Source: Ginglymostoma cirratum (lineage: Eukaryota). Taken from it: DNA of 64,000 nucleotides. The stretch lies in the NCBI GenBank assembly GCA_024137785.1, contig JAHRHZ010000002.1, positions 10,829,263-10,893,262 of the forward strand. Reading direction: 5' to 3'. Below the pieces are notes generated by a model. It was given only the letters and a program-made list of their open reading frames with translations, was not told the origin of the DNA and did not search any database. Made by a program: the position numbers and the translations under genes. Within the stretch, counting starts at the first letter, position 1. Each line of letters begins with the position of its first letter. Positions 1 through 12,599 of this stretch are shown here, one piece after another.

Positions 1-66
1 TCAGCTTTCCTGCTCCTCTGGTGCTGCCTGGCCTGCTGTGTTCATCCAGCTCCACATTGTTATTAC

Positions 67-570
67 AATGAAAAGTGTTGTCTTATGTGCTTTATAGGTG
101 GATGGTACTATACCAGTGCATCAGGGTAACAGGACAGAATGCATGTTATGGAGTTACAGCCACAGAGAATGTGCAGAGAGAGATCAACATTAACATTTAA
201 AAGGCTTATTCAAAAGTCTGATAACAAGGATGAAGCTGTTTGTCAAATGTTTGTATCTTCTGCACAGCGGAAGAGATAGAAGGGAGGATAACCAGAGTGG
301 GAGGGGTCTTTGATTATGATGGTTGCTGTCCTGAGGCAGTGGGAAGTATAGGTGGAGTCAATGGATGGAAGGTAGGTTTGCATGGTGGACTGGGCTCTGG
401 TCACAACTCTGTCGTTTCTTGCGGTGTTGGGAAGAGATATATCATGCTATGATATATCCAAATCAGCTGCTTTCTTTGGTGCACCGATAAATATTTCTAA
501 GAGTCTTTATGGGCATGCAGAACTTCCTTAGGCTCCTGACGAAGCAGAGTTGTTGTTGTGCTTTTACATC
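67..570 (-). mobile_element. degenerate Rex1/Babar-type LINE 3' fragment
   Basis: Colinear similarity to 2398-2965. Confidence 0.55.
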
Positions 571-1103
571 CACTATAATTTGAAAAATTCGGGAGCACTC
601 GGGTAGCATTTCACGAGTCCATATTTGAGATTAGAGTGAAGCTTGATTCCATAATCTTTTGACGCAGTAGTTCTCCTGGGTGAATGCAGAAGGCAGCTTG
701 TTTCTGCTATCATTATTTGAATTAGTGACAGAGAGAGAAGAGTAAATTCTCCACAGTGCATGGCCTAAATGTAGTATGTAGAACTGATTTGAAGTGTCTT
801 AACACAATCTCTAGTGTTTTTTGGTTCATAACCGGAAATTACTCATAAATTACCTCAAAACCATTTATCCCCTTCGCTGTTCTGAGAAATAGAAACATTA
901 CAATGAATTTGATTCCCTGAGATTTACATTGGACCCACGCTACATCTAATATTGAACGTAAAAATAAATAGTGGCTTTCATTTAACCCATGACAAAGGAA
1001 CAAATTTTCAGAGTAACTATCTGCCTCAATACGCAATATCAAATGAAAGGTACTACCTGGAAATTGTAATAACGTGGTAGATGTAACTTGGTAATTATTT
1101 TTA

Positions 1104-1445
1104 TTCATCAATGGGATGATGACACTGTTGACTAGGCCAGCATTTATTGCCCATTCATAATTGCCTAAAGGGCAGTTAAGAGTGAACCATATTGGCTGTT
1201 TGTCTCGAGTCACATGTAGATGATAGTCGCTAAGGATGACAGTTCCTTTTCCTGAAGGACATTACTGAACTAGATGGTTATTTCCTGACAATTGATTCAC
1301 AGTCATCAATAGACTCTTAATTCCAGATATTTATTGAATTCAAATTCTACCATCTGCCATGGTAGGATTCGAACCCAGCTCCCCAGAACACGACCTGGGT
1401 GTCTGCAGTAATAGTCCTCACATGATGCCGCTCGGCCATCCTCTC
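1104..1445 (-). mobile_element. tRNA-derived SINE
   Basis: ggccagcatttattgccc...ggattcgaacccag (B-box on the minus strand); same family at 4250-5030, 28840-29195 and 51580-51925. Confidence 0.75.
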
Positions 1446-2397
1446 CCTTCGCGAGATTATATGGCGAACACTAATCGTGTTTGTTTCACAGTTCTCTACT
1501 TGCTGTTAAGTCGTTGGCATTCATGATGTAAGCCAACTAGTTTTTTTTAAAATAATTGTCAGTTAGAAATTACATAGATATAGGTATGTTCATTGGTATT
1601 TGTCTCTTTTCCATCAGTTTGGATCAACTACTGGCAAGGTATTGCAGAATTAATTTCTACTTCAAAAATTCCATCGATAATTGTGATTTACTGCAATTGT
1701 GTGGGAATGAGGGTATGCTAAAATGCAAGATATTCCACCTCTCAAGATGTCCACTCTTCAGGGTAAACGTTGTTGGCATTTTGACAAACCTCATTCATTC
1801 CAGCATGTGGCTTTCATAAAACAGACTGAGGCATCCAAGTGCATATCAATGAGATGAACTGGTCATTGATGTTACTTTCCTGCTGTATCTGGAACTGTTA
1901 TTTTTAAAGTAAACATTCATAGCGATAATGATTTCACTCAATGCAATCACCATTATTTTTTATTCCGTCATGAGATGTGCATTGGAACTGGAATTTTTTT
2001 GCCCTATTCCAAACTGCCCTTGGAAAGAGGGCAGTTGAGAGTCAGCCACATTGCTGTGGTTCTGGAGCAAGATGTCGGTCAGACAAGATGATGAATGCAG
2101 ATTTCATTCCTTCAAGGGAAATACAACAAGTAGGATTTTTGCAAAACAATGAGATTGCTTCTTTCAATTTCAGATTCATTGTTTGAGCCACCACTGATAG
2201 GACTTAAACTCACGCCCGACAGAATGAACATCAGTCTTGGAATGCTAGCTCACTGGTGCTGTTACTACATATTAGCTAATGTGGTGAAGTGGTGGGCAGG
2301 TGGGATCGAGATCAGACGACAATTTAGCACTCTGATAGCATTGCATTAGCGTTCCAGTCTGGATTTGAGAGTTGGGTGGAGCTTGACATCATAAAAT

Positions 2398-2965
2398 TTT
2401 GATTTGATTTGATTTGATTTATTGTTGTCGTATGGACCGAGATGCAGTGAAAAGTGTTTTTTTGCGTACTATACAGGAAGACTGTGCAATACAAAGTGCA
2501 TCAGGGTAGCAGAATAGCGTGCAGAATACAGTGTGACAGGTGCAGAGAAGGTGCAGAGAGAGAGAGAGGGATCAGAATTAACATTTGAGAGGTCAGTTCA
2601 AAAGCCCAATAACAGCGGGGGAAAAGCCGTTCCTGAATCCGAACATAAGTATGTACAAAGTTTTATGTCTTCTGCCCGACAGAAGAGGGGTGGGGGGTGG
2701 GGGGAGCTGTGGGGGCGCGGTGGAAAGAGAGTATAACCAGGGTGGGAAGGGTCTTTGATTATTTCGGTTAGTTTCTCGAGGCAGCAGGAAGTTTAGATCG
2801 AGTCAAAGGAAGGAAGGTTGGTTTGTGTGATGGATTGGGCTGTGTTCAAGACTCTCTGTAGTTTCTTGTGGTATTGGGAAGAGCAATTGTCGCAACAGAC
2901 TGTGAAGCATCCAGATAGGATGCTTTCTGTAGCGCATCTATAAAAATTAGTCAGTGTCTTTGATT
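2398..2965 (-). mobile_element. Rex1/Babar-type LINE 3' fragment with (TCAAA)n tail
   Basis: ORF 2793..2999 LTNFYRCATESILSGC...KKLQRVLNTAQSIT resembles the Rex1/Babar RT C-terminal region; tandem TTTGA tail at 2398-2420. Confidence 0.7.
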
Positions 2966-3183
2966 CACAGGCGAAAGGATATACCTCATTGAGCAGCAAT
3001 CAGCATTATACTGGGGGGGTATAGGTGAGGATAGCCACAGCAATTATCTCTATGTGTAGGGCTATGGCAATCCAGGGATGAATAGACTTTATAGAAGTGT
3101 AAGGACAGGCTATTCTCGGCTGTTCTATCGTACAATTAAAAGGTGGCTCAACTGATTCTAGAACAAATCTGCTATTTTTTCAA

Positions 3184-3400
3184 AGATAACAAGGTGTAGA
3201 GCTGAATGAACACAGCAGGCCAAGCAACATCAGAGGAGCAGGAAGGCCGGAGTTTCGGGCCTGGACTCTTCAGAAAAATGAAGAAGGGTCCAGGCCCGAA
3301 ACGTCAGCCTTCCTGATCCTCTGATGCTGCTTGGCCTGCCGTGTCCATCCAGATCTATACCTTGTTATCTCAGATTCTCCAACATCTGCAGTTCCTATTA
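3184..3400. mobile_element. palindromic (inverted) Penelope-like terminal repeat pair
   Basis: ~90-nt arms agataacaaggtgtagagctg... / ...ccagatctataccttgttatct are reverse complements around ~3275; same family at 1-66, 4740-4853, 19545-19735 and 43831-43925. Confidence 0.7.
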
Positions 3401-3528
3401 TCGTTGCTATTTTTTCAATCTCTCTTCCGAACTGTCATGAACAAAGCATCAATTTACCAGACTTTACTTTGCCTTACTGTATTGACCTCCATTGTCTTTT
3501 TCATATCCGTTATATTTTGTTCTTGCAG

Positions 3529-3557
3529 ATTGCCAAATTCCTCCGCCCAAACCATGG
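3529..3557 (+). CDS. candidate small exon (IAKFLRPNHG) of an upstream receptor gene entering from the left
   Basis: Acceptor ttttgttcttgcag, donor GG|GTAAGC, in non-repeat sequence; reading frame inferred from the downstream exon chain. Confidence 0.5.
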
Positions 3558-3904
3558 GTAAGCAATAATCTAAAGTGCATAGTTCATCAACAAATCATAC
3601 AAAAGTGTAATCTTTAGTTGCAGTCATTTCACAGGCGCTTCTGTCACCATTGATAAATATGTTATTTATTTCATGCTGTTCCTGATCAAACTGCCTTTCA
3701 GAATTGTAACCTGTTGGAACCCAAAGAATTGCATTTTTCCCCAAATTTCAGATGAGATTTTCTACACATGTAAATTAGCGTGCAAATTGCCTGGCTTTCA
3801 TAAATCAACATACTGAACAATTACTGAACATGACTGAAACAACATGAAAATAAAGCATTCAGCACACTTAGTTGAAAGATTACGAGATGAGACAAAATTC
3901 GAGT

Positions 3905-4232
3905 AGAACCACTCCAGTGCAGAAGCAGACCATTCGACCCTTCAAAACTAAACTGACCCACTAAAGAGAATCCCACTCAGATTCATCACCTTACCCGATC
4001 TCTAATTCGACATTTCCCACGGCTAACCGACACATCCCTGGACTGGCCGATTTAGCATGGAAAATACATCTAACCTGCACATCTTTGGACTGTGGGACGA
4101 AACCGGATCAGCCAAAAGAAAACACACACTGACGTCAGGAGACTGTGCAGACTCTACACAGACAGTTGCCTGAGGGTAGGATCGAACCCAGGTCCCCGGT
4201 GCTGTGAGGCAACAGTGCGAGCCATTGAACCA
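3905..4232 (-). mobile_element. HE1-type elasmobranch SINE
   Basis: ctaacctgcacatctttggactgtggga...gatcgaacccaggtccc...gctgtgaggc; + strand copies at ~33013-33270 and ~55750-56008. Confidence 0.75.
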
Positions 4233-4432
4233 ATCCTGAAATGGGCACTTTTTCTTTTCTTTATTCATTCACGGGATGAGGGCATCACTGGATAGGCCAG
4301 CATTTATTGCCCATCCTTAATTGCCCAGAGGGCAGCGAAGAGGCAACCACATTACTGTGGGTCTGGAGTCACATGTCGGCCAGGCCTGGTCAGGATGGCA
4401 GTTTCCTTCCGAAAGGACATTAGTGAACCAGG

Positions 4433-4853
4433 TCCTGCTGTGTCCGTCCAGCTCCATACCTTGTTATCTCGAGTTCTCCGACATCTGCAGTACCTATTAT
4501 CTCTGATACAATTTTAAGCCCACTCACAAGCCTCTTCTGCGTAGACCTACCCTGAGGAAGTTACCGTCTTCACTCCCGACAAACCTCAGGGAATCTCTCT
4601 CCCACTGCAACTCAACTGAACTATCTTCTCCCCACACCCCCACCTGCACCTGCACTGGCTCCATCCCCGCCTCTTTGACTTGTCTGCCTCCTCTCCACTA
4701 TCCATCTTCGCTCAGCCTACCCACATTTATTTCAGAACCCTCTTCCCCTTCCACATTTCTGATGAAGGGTCTAGGCCCGAAACGTCAAGTTTTCCTGCTC
4801 CTATGATGCTGGTTGGCTTGCTGTGTTCATCCAGCTCCACACCTTGTGATCTC
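4433..4853 (+). mobile_element. Penelope-like fragment nested inside a SINE (4250-5030)
   Basis: The SINE breaks after ggacattagtgaaccag and resumes at ~4855; the insert has directly repeated ends (cctgctgtgt...ccagctcca.accttgt) and a pyrimidine-rich 3' tract. Confidence 0.7.
4759..4786 (+). ncRNA. minimal hammerhead-ribozyme-like core in a Penelope-like repeat
   Basis: CTGATGA-a-GGG-tctagg-CCC-GAAA-CGTC: conserved boxes, 3-bp stem II, palindromic ACGT at stem III; stem I weak. Another copy on the minus strand at 43893-43920. Confidence 0.45.
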
Positions 4854-6030
4854 GCGTTTTAAGAACAATCGACAATGGATTCATAGTCATCCTCAGATTT
4901 TTAAGTCCAGATATTTTATTGGATTCAAATTCCACCATCTGCTGTAGCAGGATTCGAACCAGAGTTCTCAGAACATTACCTGGGTCTCTGAATTAACAGT
5001 CCAGTAATAATACTAGACCATTGCCGCCCTTTGAAAGCTTAGTTGCATTTATGGCTATTACTTTCTCAAAATTGCTTGCATTTAACAACATTCCTTGCTT
5101 AATCTCCATAGAAAAGGCTGGCCACTTATGAAAATGTTATGTAACCGAAGCGCGTGGAGTAAGGTTAATTTAGCTTAACTGAACATTTTGTTTAATTAGA
5201 CAACTTCATCAAATGGTGTACAATACACAACATTAGTGTCAGACAAGACATGCGGATCATCTTCTCTGAACGTGATTGTGGAAGGCGATGATTTAGAGTG
5301 AGTCAAAAATTTCTCTCTTTGAAATGACTCAAATGTCATATTTGCCTTATTCACTTGAAACAGAAATGACTGGAGGGTTGCTTAAAAAGAAAAACTTTTA
5401 TTCACCGTTTCCGCAGTGCTCCAACAATCACAGTTGGGGAGTAAACATTGTCACTTAATACATCATTGAAAAAAAAATTGTTCTAGATGCGCACTTCCTT
5501 TCCAAAACCATTCTTTCGGTAATTAGCCTCAGCCTGTTAGTCAATATGACATACTGGAATCAATTTATTTCTTGTTGACTTCTGTCAATGAGTTCAATTC
5601 TTCCCAAATTCTGGCAGAGCACGTCAATTAGTCCACTGCTGAGCAATGCGAGGAAGCTGCTGGACGGATTTCTTGGATCCTGCCTCAGATCTGGTAATTT
5701 GACGAGTTGAATTACATCTGGACCGCAGCACCTCACATTCACCTTTAAATTAAGGCAAAGTTAGGGTCTAGACTATCTTCTTAATATATTTTGAGGGGGT
5801 TTGGTCTGGTCCATAACCAGAACTGAAAATGAGGCTTTATTGAAATAAAATGGGGCACAGTGGGTGGTTGGGGAGGCTGAAGATATTTGTTTTAGAACAC
5901 ATGCCCTGAGTTTCTGAGGCATTTTTGTTTAATTATGACTTTTTCGATGTTTACTATCTTCTCAGTCGTTTTTAATTCCTTGATGAGTATTTTATTCTCA
6001 TGTTTGCAATCTCTTCCTCTCCTTTTGCAG

Positions 6031-6065
6031 GCATGATTATGGATATGACGAGCTTAATGTAACAG
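6031..6065 (+). CDS. candidate cytoplasmic exon HDYGYDELNVT (YxxL)
   Basis: Very strong acceptor ctcttcctctccttttgcag, donor CAG|GTGACT; only one of three frames is open and it fits phases 2 to 1. Confidence 0.55.
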
Positions 6066-6795
6066 GTGACTAACAAGGAAGTATATATTTTGGGGAAGCT
6101 GGATGGTTTATTATATCTTGCAACCTTTGTCTTGTAACGTCAAGAATTTGAGGCAAGTAGTGATTAATTCAATATGGCTTTGCTCCCCCTGTTGACCGTA
6201 AGTCCCCCCTGTTTATTGGTGCAGGATATTTTTGTGAGTGAAGCAGACAGTTTCCCAGAGTCAACGGAGTGAAATGCTGGCTGATTCGGTATTTCTGTTA
6301 ACTTCCCACAAAGCGAGTTTCGATCCCATCTTTCCAGCTCAGAAAATGACCTGTCAGTTGATACATTTTGACGTTCCTTCCGTGTATGACTCAGAGGGAC
6401 GTAAAGTAACAGGACGTTGAAGTGAAAGCGATGATTATGGAGAGACTTGTCTTAAGGTCCCTTTGTTTCAACTGATGCTGGTTACTGTTAGCACATAAAA
6501 CACTACCTCCTATTTTGCTCCCTTTGAAATACCTGCCCAGATGTAGCGATTTCTGTGGTACACATTGCATATTTTCCCGTTTACATTGAATATGGTACGA
6601 AATGAAAGTGATCTATAACCCTGCAGCAGTGGTGATGTAGGCAAGCAACTTCATCAACTATTCCATTTGAGGAATTTTCACAGTCAGCAATGCTTGAATT
6701 TAAATTGAGAATGTCTTCACCGTTGATTTTAAAATTTGATGAAATCAGGATACAGTTTTTTGAAAATACGAATTTTTTTTTCTCTCACTGTGGAG

Positions 6796-6839
6796 ACATC
6801 CAAGATTCCCCATCAAAAGAATCTTTCCACTGGCAGCAA
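6796..6839 (+). CDS. candidate cytoplasmic exon (D)IQDSPSKESFHWQQ
   Basis: Long T tract then a GAG acceptor (uncommon), donor CAA|GTAAGC; 44 nt phase 1 to 0, parallel to the 41-nt exon 4 of the intact gene. Confidence 0.5.
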
Positions 6840-8314
6840 GTAAGCCATTTCCAAGTGAAAGCCAGTACGGGTCTCTATAAAGAAGATGCATTTTAGGCAG
6901 TTGTTTTACTCTGACTGAGAGTGGAGGACTGGGAAGTTCAGTAATATTCCATTGCTTGGGGGATTTCGGGAATACATTCTCTGTAGCAAGGCAGAATCAC
7001 TCGAGCAGCAGCTCCGGGGCCCTCCACATTGTTCATTACATGTACAGTCTCCAGAAAATAATGCCAGTTTCAGTGCAATCATGACGATGGTCGTGAAGGC
7101 TAGCAGTGCCGCTGTCATTATCACTTCAAAACTTACAGAATTTATGTAATATCTTTTTCTGGAATTAAATTCATTTTATAATGCGTTCAAGGAGAACAGG
7201 ACCACCTTTTTATTAGCCGTCCCTAATAGTTCTGTGAAGCTAATTGTGTTATCAGTTCTGGTGGTGGAAGTACTTCCACCATTTTACTCAGCTGGTAATG
7301 TCAGGATTTTGATACAGTGCCCATAAAATCTCGGATATATGCCCACGAAGGGAACCTGTCGCTTGGCATTTATGCTGTCAGGATCTTGCAGATGTCACAG
7401 AACGAAACAGCGCAGAAGGAGGCTGTTCAGGACAGTGCACCAGTGTGAAAACTTTCAAATAGCGACCCAATTAATGCCATTTCCCTGCAACTCTGGAGGA
7501 AAAACTTTGAACAATTTAACTTTAAATATTTAGAATAAAATTCCTGGCATGGTCTTTAAAATTGGTATGCTATCAATGTAAGTTTAAGGGGCTAATGATT
7601 GACACAATTGTTCTGAGACTGTTTCCTTGCGGGAATGAGACATAAACCTATTTGCTTGTCCATCTCTTTCATTTAATTCTCAGCAAAACGGTGTCCTAAA
7701 CCTGAAAGCATACCAAAGGACGAGGTAAGATAAAAGTGACAGTGCCCTTCACTTGTGTTAGCCAAGTTGGCATTTAATATCAACAAATATGAACCAGTTC
7801 CAATTAAAGATTGGCAGCTAATTGCCATCCGCAGAAGGTGACAATTAATGGTTGGAAAGTAAGATGGCATTCATTTTAGGAGGGTTTTTGTTGTGATGGA
7901 GGAAGCTGAAAAGATGGATAAGGTCAACTGGAGTTCTTTATCCATTGTTCATTAACCTTGAGGCATTTATACAATCCCTTCAAAGGGTGTTTTGATTATT
8001 GTGCTTAACAGAATTATTCATATTTAATATTATCTCATCAAATTGGACTTGGGTCAACATAGCAAACATGGAATATTCTGAACCATTGGATAATAAAACT
8101 CAGGGAAACAGACAGTTATTAGGATTGCGATTCTCACCTCTTTTATACTAAAGAGCAAATTGTATCAGATTTATTGCTTGCATTTGCAATTAAAGCAACC
8201 TATATGCACCCTGTGTTAACATGAAAATCGAAAGGATGGGGCATTCGTGGAGTTTGCTTTAATTGGAGTTCAACTGTACTGCTTAACCATGGTTCCTCTT
8301 CATAATTTGTGCAG

Positions 8315-8362
8315 GAAAATGGAGAAAATCCTCAGGAGTGCACTGAAGTGGTGAATGAATAG
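8315..8362 (+). CDS. candidate terminal exon ENGENPQECTEVVNE*
   Basis: Acceptor ttcctcttcataatttgtgcag; first 12 nt GAAAATGGAGAA are identical to the start of ITIM exon 34446. Confidence 0.5.
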   Translation, partial: ENGENPQECTEVVNE

Positions 8363-8409
8363 GACGATGGAGAAATTGTACCGAATCTTCTGTTTTCAGT
8401 GCAGAGGCT

Positions 8410-8453
8410 CATGAACGTATCTGGTGTGACACATGAACGTATCTGGTGTGACA
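8410..8453. repeat. perfect 22-bp tandem duplication
   Basis: catgaacgtatctggtgtgaca x2. Confidence 0.95.
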
Positions 8454-11400
8454 TCAACCCTTGTTTCATTCTTATTTGATACACAGGATTAGAAATGATA
8501 TACAACAGAAAAAGTCAATCCAATACAAGCACTTCAGGCCTGTGGTTCGACTCCACTCAAACCTGTCCCCATCTTTCTTTTCTAAGCCTTTCATCTGAAC
8601 CGTTTATGCTCATTTCCCTTATTTGCCGATCTAGTTTCCCATTTAGTGCCTCAATGCTTTGTGCTTTAACCACACCACATAGTAAGATGTTCCATATTCT
8701 GACCGAGCTTAAGACCAGGAAGTGTCTAATAACAATTGGACTTTATTTATCTCATATTGAAGACTCATCGTTATGCTCTTCCCCACAAAAGGTAACATTC
8801 TCTCTTGATCTACTTTGTTAAAACTGTTCATAATTTCAAAGACTTGCACTCAGACTCTCCTCGACTTTCATTGTTGTTTTCATTTCTCGTTCTTGAGAAA
8901 CAAAGGAACGAATTACTTTTTTAGTGCTTGTGCTGCTTCCAGGATATTTCAATGCTCTTTGGAGCTACTGAAGGCATCTGGTAGCAAATGTCCTGCTCTG
9001 TATTTTAAAATTTATTTGCGTTATCCAATAAGCATTGTAAATCAGTGTATGAATCATAAAGTGTAAATGTTTTGATGTGTTTTATACATTCTTGTCCTGT
9101 CGTGTTGTGTTGGTATATTATTTGATTCTCTAAATCAGAATTTTTTTCATATTCATTGTTTCATGGTTGGCACTGCGTTCAGGGTCGAGAAACAGGACTG
9201 GTGCGTGTACTCATTAGCAAAAGAATAAGCACTCTGCTTCTCCTGTGGTACAAATTGATGTTTCCTTTGGAAATTGTAATTCTTGCATCTGTACTGAGGT
9301 ATTTAAATGAAGTGTTTCGACAAAGAGGTTCTGACTAGTGCATTAAATGCTGGACAGAAATAAATAATGGCATTACGTCTCTTTGACGTTGACTGTCCTG
9401 CACCATATTTTGCTACAAATGCCCATGTTTTCTCCTGAAACTGACAAAGTCAGTTAAACTATCTGTCTTCACCTACTGGGCCAACAGGAAGCCCACAGGC
9501 TATGTGGAAGGTTCATTTTCCACATCAGCCAATATCACTCTTCAATGTCTTTAGTGGTCAGTATAATTGGGCTGGGGTTATGCACCCGCACTTCTCACCT
9601 GAGCTGTGATTAAGAGGATGACAGACTCCATGTTGAAAGCCAGATTTGGAGTGGTCTTTGGCCTCCTCCACATTTGTGGGAGAAGAGCTCTGAACAAAGG
9701 TCACTTATACTGCTGCCTAGACCACCACATTAATTTCAAGTTTAGAGCTTGGCCGAAAGGATATTAGGGAAATGGCAATGCCTACAATCGAAATTTTAAT
9801 GAGTGAAAACACAATTCTGAATGAAGGAATGAGGTCCAGTAATATAGTTAAGAAAGCATGTTTCTCAGCATGGGAGAGAAGGTTCGGTAATGCGTCTGCT
9901 ATTTCTCTAACATTGAATATCCTCTGTAAACCATTTTGCACCTGATACAAAATGAATGTGACTCGTGTATCAATGACTAACAACATAATCAAAAATGAAT
10001 CAAAACTGTTGTAGCGGACCAAGTCTAAAGTTGATGAGTTGGCCAAAAATGGTTGACAGCTTCGTACAGCAAAGTTTCAAAGCCAGACTTGTGGTCTCCA
10101 TTTAGAGATAATGACTATGATAAGATTCTCCATAGAAAGAAACATTAGAGAAGTTAATCAGACTTGTGTAAACAGGCAATTCTAAATAATAAGCATTTTA
10201 ATTAGGGGCAATTTTGAAAGGCCGAGTTTAGCCACAGTCCCAATTTTGTTATTGATTAAATTAATTAAATGAATTAATTAGAAGGAAATGTCTGATTCTA
10301 CAGAATTAGGAACTTTTTATAGGTAACTGTAGAATTTGAAAAGCAAACAACACATTAATGTGAAAGGTTAATTGCATTCCTTGAGGTAATGTTTGTAGGC
10401 AGTAAGAATTTACATTGCGTTATTAGGGAAGATAATGTAACAGATGGTGTAAACACAAACTCCAAAAGACCATTGGCACAGGAGGAGGGCAGTGGAAGGT
10501 GGTAAAAAGAGGTCATGACTAGGGAGAGATATAAAATTGAAGCTGAAGTGCAGATGTAGATAATTTGAACAAATTCTTAGTGACAAAAAAGATTTAAAAA
10601 TACAGAATGAAAATATGGTTATGAACCCTAGTTACTTGTGGAATCTAAACAAGTTTCTTTTAAAGATTTGGTAAGATTGTAAAATGATTAAATTTCACAA
10701 TTGTGAATGGAATTCGAATGTATGCTTTTTATTGAAAAATGAAAATTAGTAATGGAAAGTGCTTCGAGTAGAAACAGAACAGATTTAATTAGAAATAAAA
10801 ATTTTGTTTCAAGTTCACTTACAGCATGCAAACAGAAGGGGTTGTAAACCGCAGTTGCAAGTCATCAGGACTGTTGTTTGAAATGAGAGAAGGGTTGTTC
10901 TCAATTTGTCAGCTGTGTCGCAGAATTGCAGTCACTTTATATTCAAGTTGATTTTAAAGACTTTATAACAATTGGTAGAAATCAATATCCTTCCTAACCT
11001 GTCATACTAAAGTTGGTGTCGAATTTGGAAGAGTTCTTATTGATAAGTAAGTATCCAATTTATTGACAATTAATGAGATGCAGCTGGCAAATGTCTGGGA
11101 AGGAGTATAACAGTCAGAAGTATTGTAATATCCCAAAGACAGATGATGGAGGTATCTGGGAGACATCATGAAATTTTGGGAGGACCTAGGACTTCCCGTA
11201 GAGTTGTCCATCATTGATTGTGTGTTTCCAGGATTGGATGTATCGATTGCGGAGATGTAGCTAACAATGACATCAATGTTGCATGTAATTATTATAACAG
11301 AGAAGGTGGTGCTCAGATGGGGAAATCAGAGTGTCATTGAATTCTCTTCCAATCTGAGCTGTGTTTAAGAGGGCAACTGGGCCCCACATGAAAGCCAGAT

Positions 11401-12599
11401 GCAGAGTGGTCTCTGCTCGCTCCTTCATGTGGTAGAAGCATTCTGAATAAAGAGCACATGTGCTACTGTACACTGATATCAAGACTCCTTTTTGACATTT
11501 CTTCCGAAATCCATAATTACAGAAATAAATAATGGCATTACGTCTATTTGACGTAATCCATAATTACCTTGTAATTAATATGAATATGAAGATCCAGGTG
11601 GATGATAGGAGATCATGTGAAGTTGTCCTGCAGGAGCATCTTGAAGTTGTAGGGTATTAACCACATTCTCCAGATCATAGTCTGAATGGTGAATCCAGGA
11701 AGTGAGTCAAATAATTTGTCCTGTCGAGTTATTTCAAAGCTCTGACTGCCTCTGGAAGGTTATCCAACAGCTGTGAAAAACAAGAAAATCTGAAGGGAGT
11801 GCCAAACCCATGAGTTGTATATGTATTTCCACGTAGGACCTTTGGAATTATTTTAATACGAATAAACAGAGGTCAAATTAACAGTGAGAAAAGTCCTGAA
11901 TGGTGAAATTCTGATGGAAAAGAACAAGAAATAGAAGTATTTGTCTTGGAAAAGTTTGAGCTAGTTCCTCAATAATGTTATTCCATTTCTAGTTCGACGC
12001 TCTTGTCCCTGATGCTGCTGACCTCAAACCGCCCATATTACGCCAGAGATCATCCAACATCTCTGACCAGGATTCATTGAGTGCCACTTCATGTGGTAAA
12101 TCTTCAGCTATCCATCTCAACCACACTCCCACCCACATCTAACAGGTATCACTGAGTAGTGAATAGTTACAACAACTGTAGATGCTTCTGCCTGCATTAT
12201 ACAAAGAGGCTCTGGGGTTCACGTGTAAGGCACATTCATGGAGTATCCATGGTGTCATTGTGTGAGTAACTTTTAACTTTGTAACCTGTGATAAAGTTTT
12301 GGCAGTAGCTCAATGCTCAGGGAGACCATAGAAGGCCAGTGTGAATCTTACTAGCAAGTTGAATATGCTTCCGATCATGCTGAAGTCAGGGTGGAAATCA
12401 GGAATAGGAAGCACGTGGAGAACAATATACACATCACTCCCTGTCATGCCTTTTCCCCAAAACAAGACGCAAATTACATCGAATCTAACAGCAAAGCCTC
12501 TTAAAACTTGACCAGTGCAGAATTTAGAAATTTAAAGATCAAGGATGGTCTAAATGACAAAATCTAACTGAAGAACCAAAATGAATTCTTCGACAAACA

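Noticed and set aside
1492-1527. Candidate exon (cacag|...|gtaagc) of the upstream gene
   Set aside because: Its only open frame is incompatible with the downstream exon chain, leading to a stop in the 6031 exon; left unassigned.
3551-3557. ACCATGG as a start codon
   Set aside because: Splicing to 6031 gives only MGMIMDMTSLM*; no plausible protein follows.
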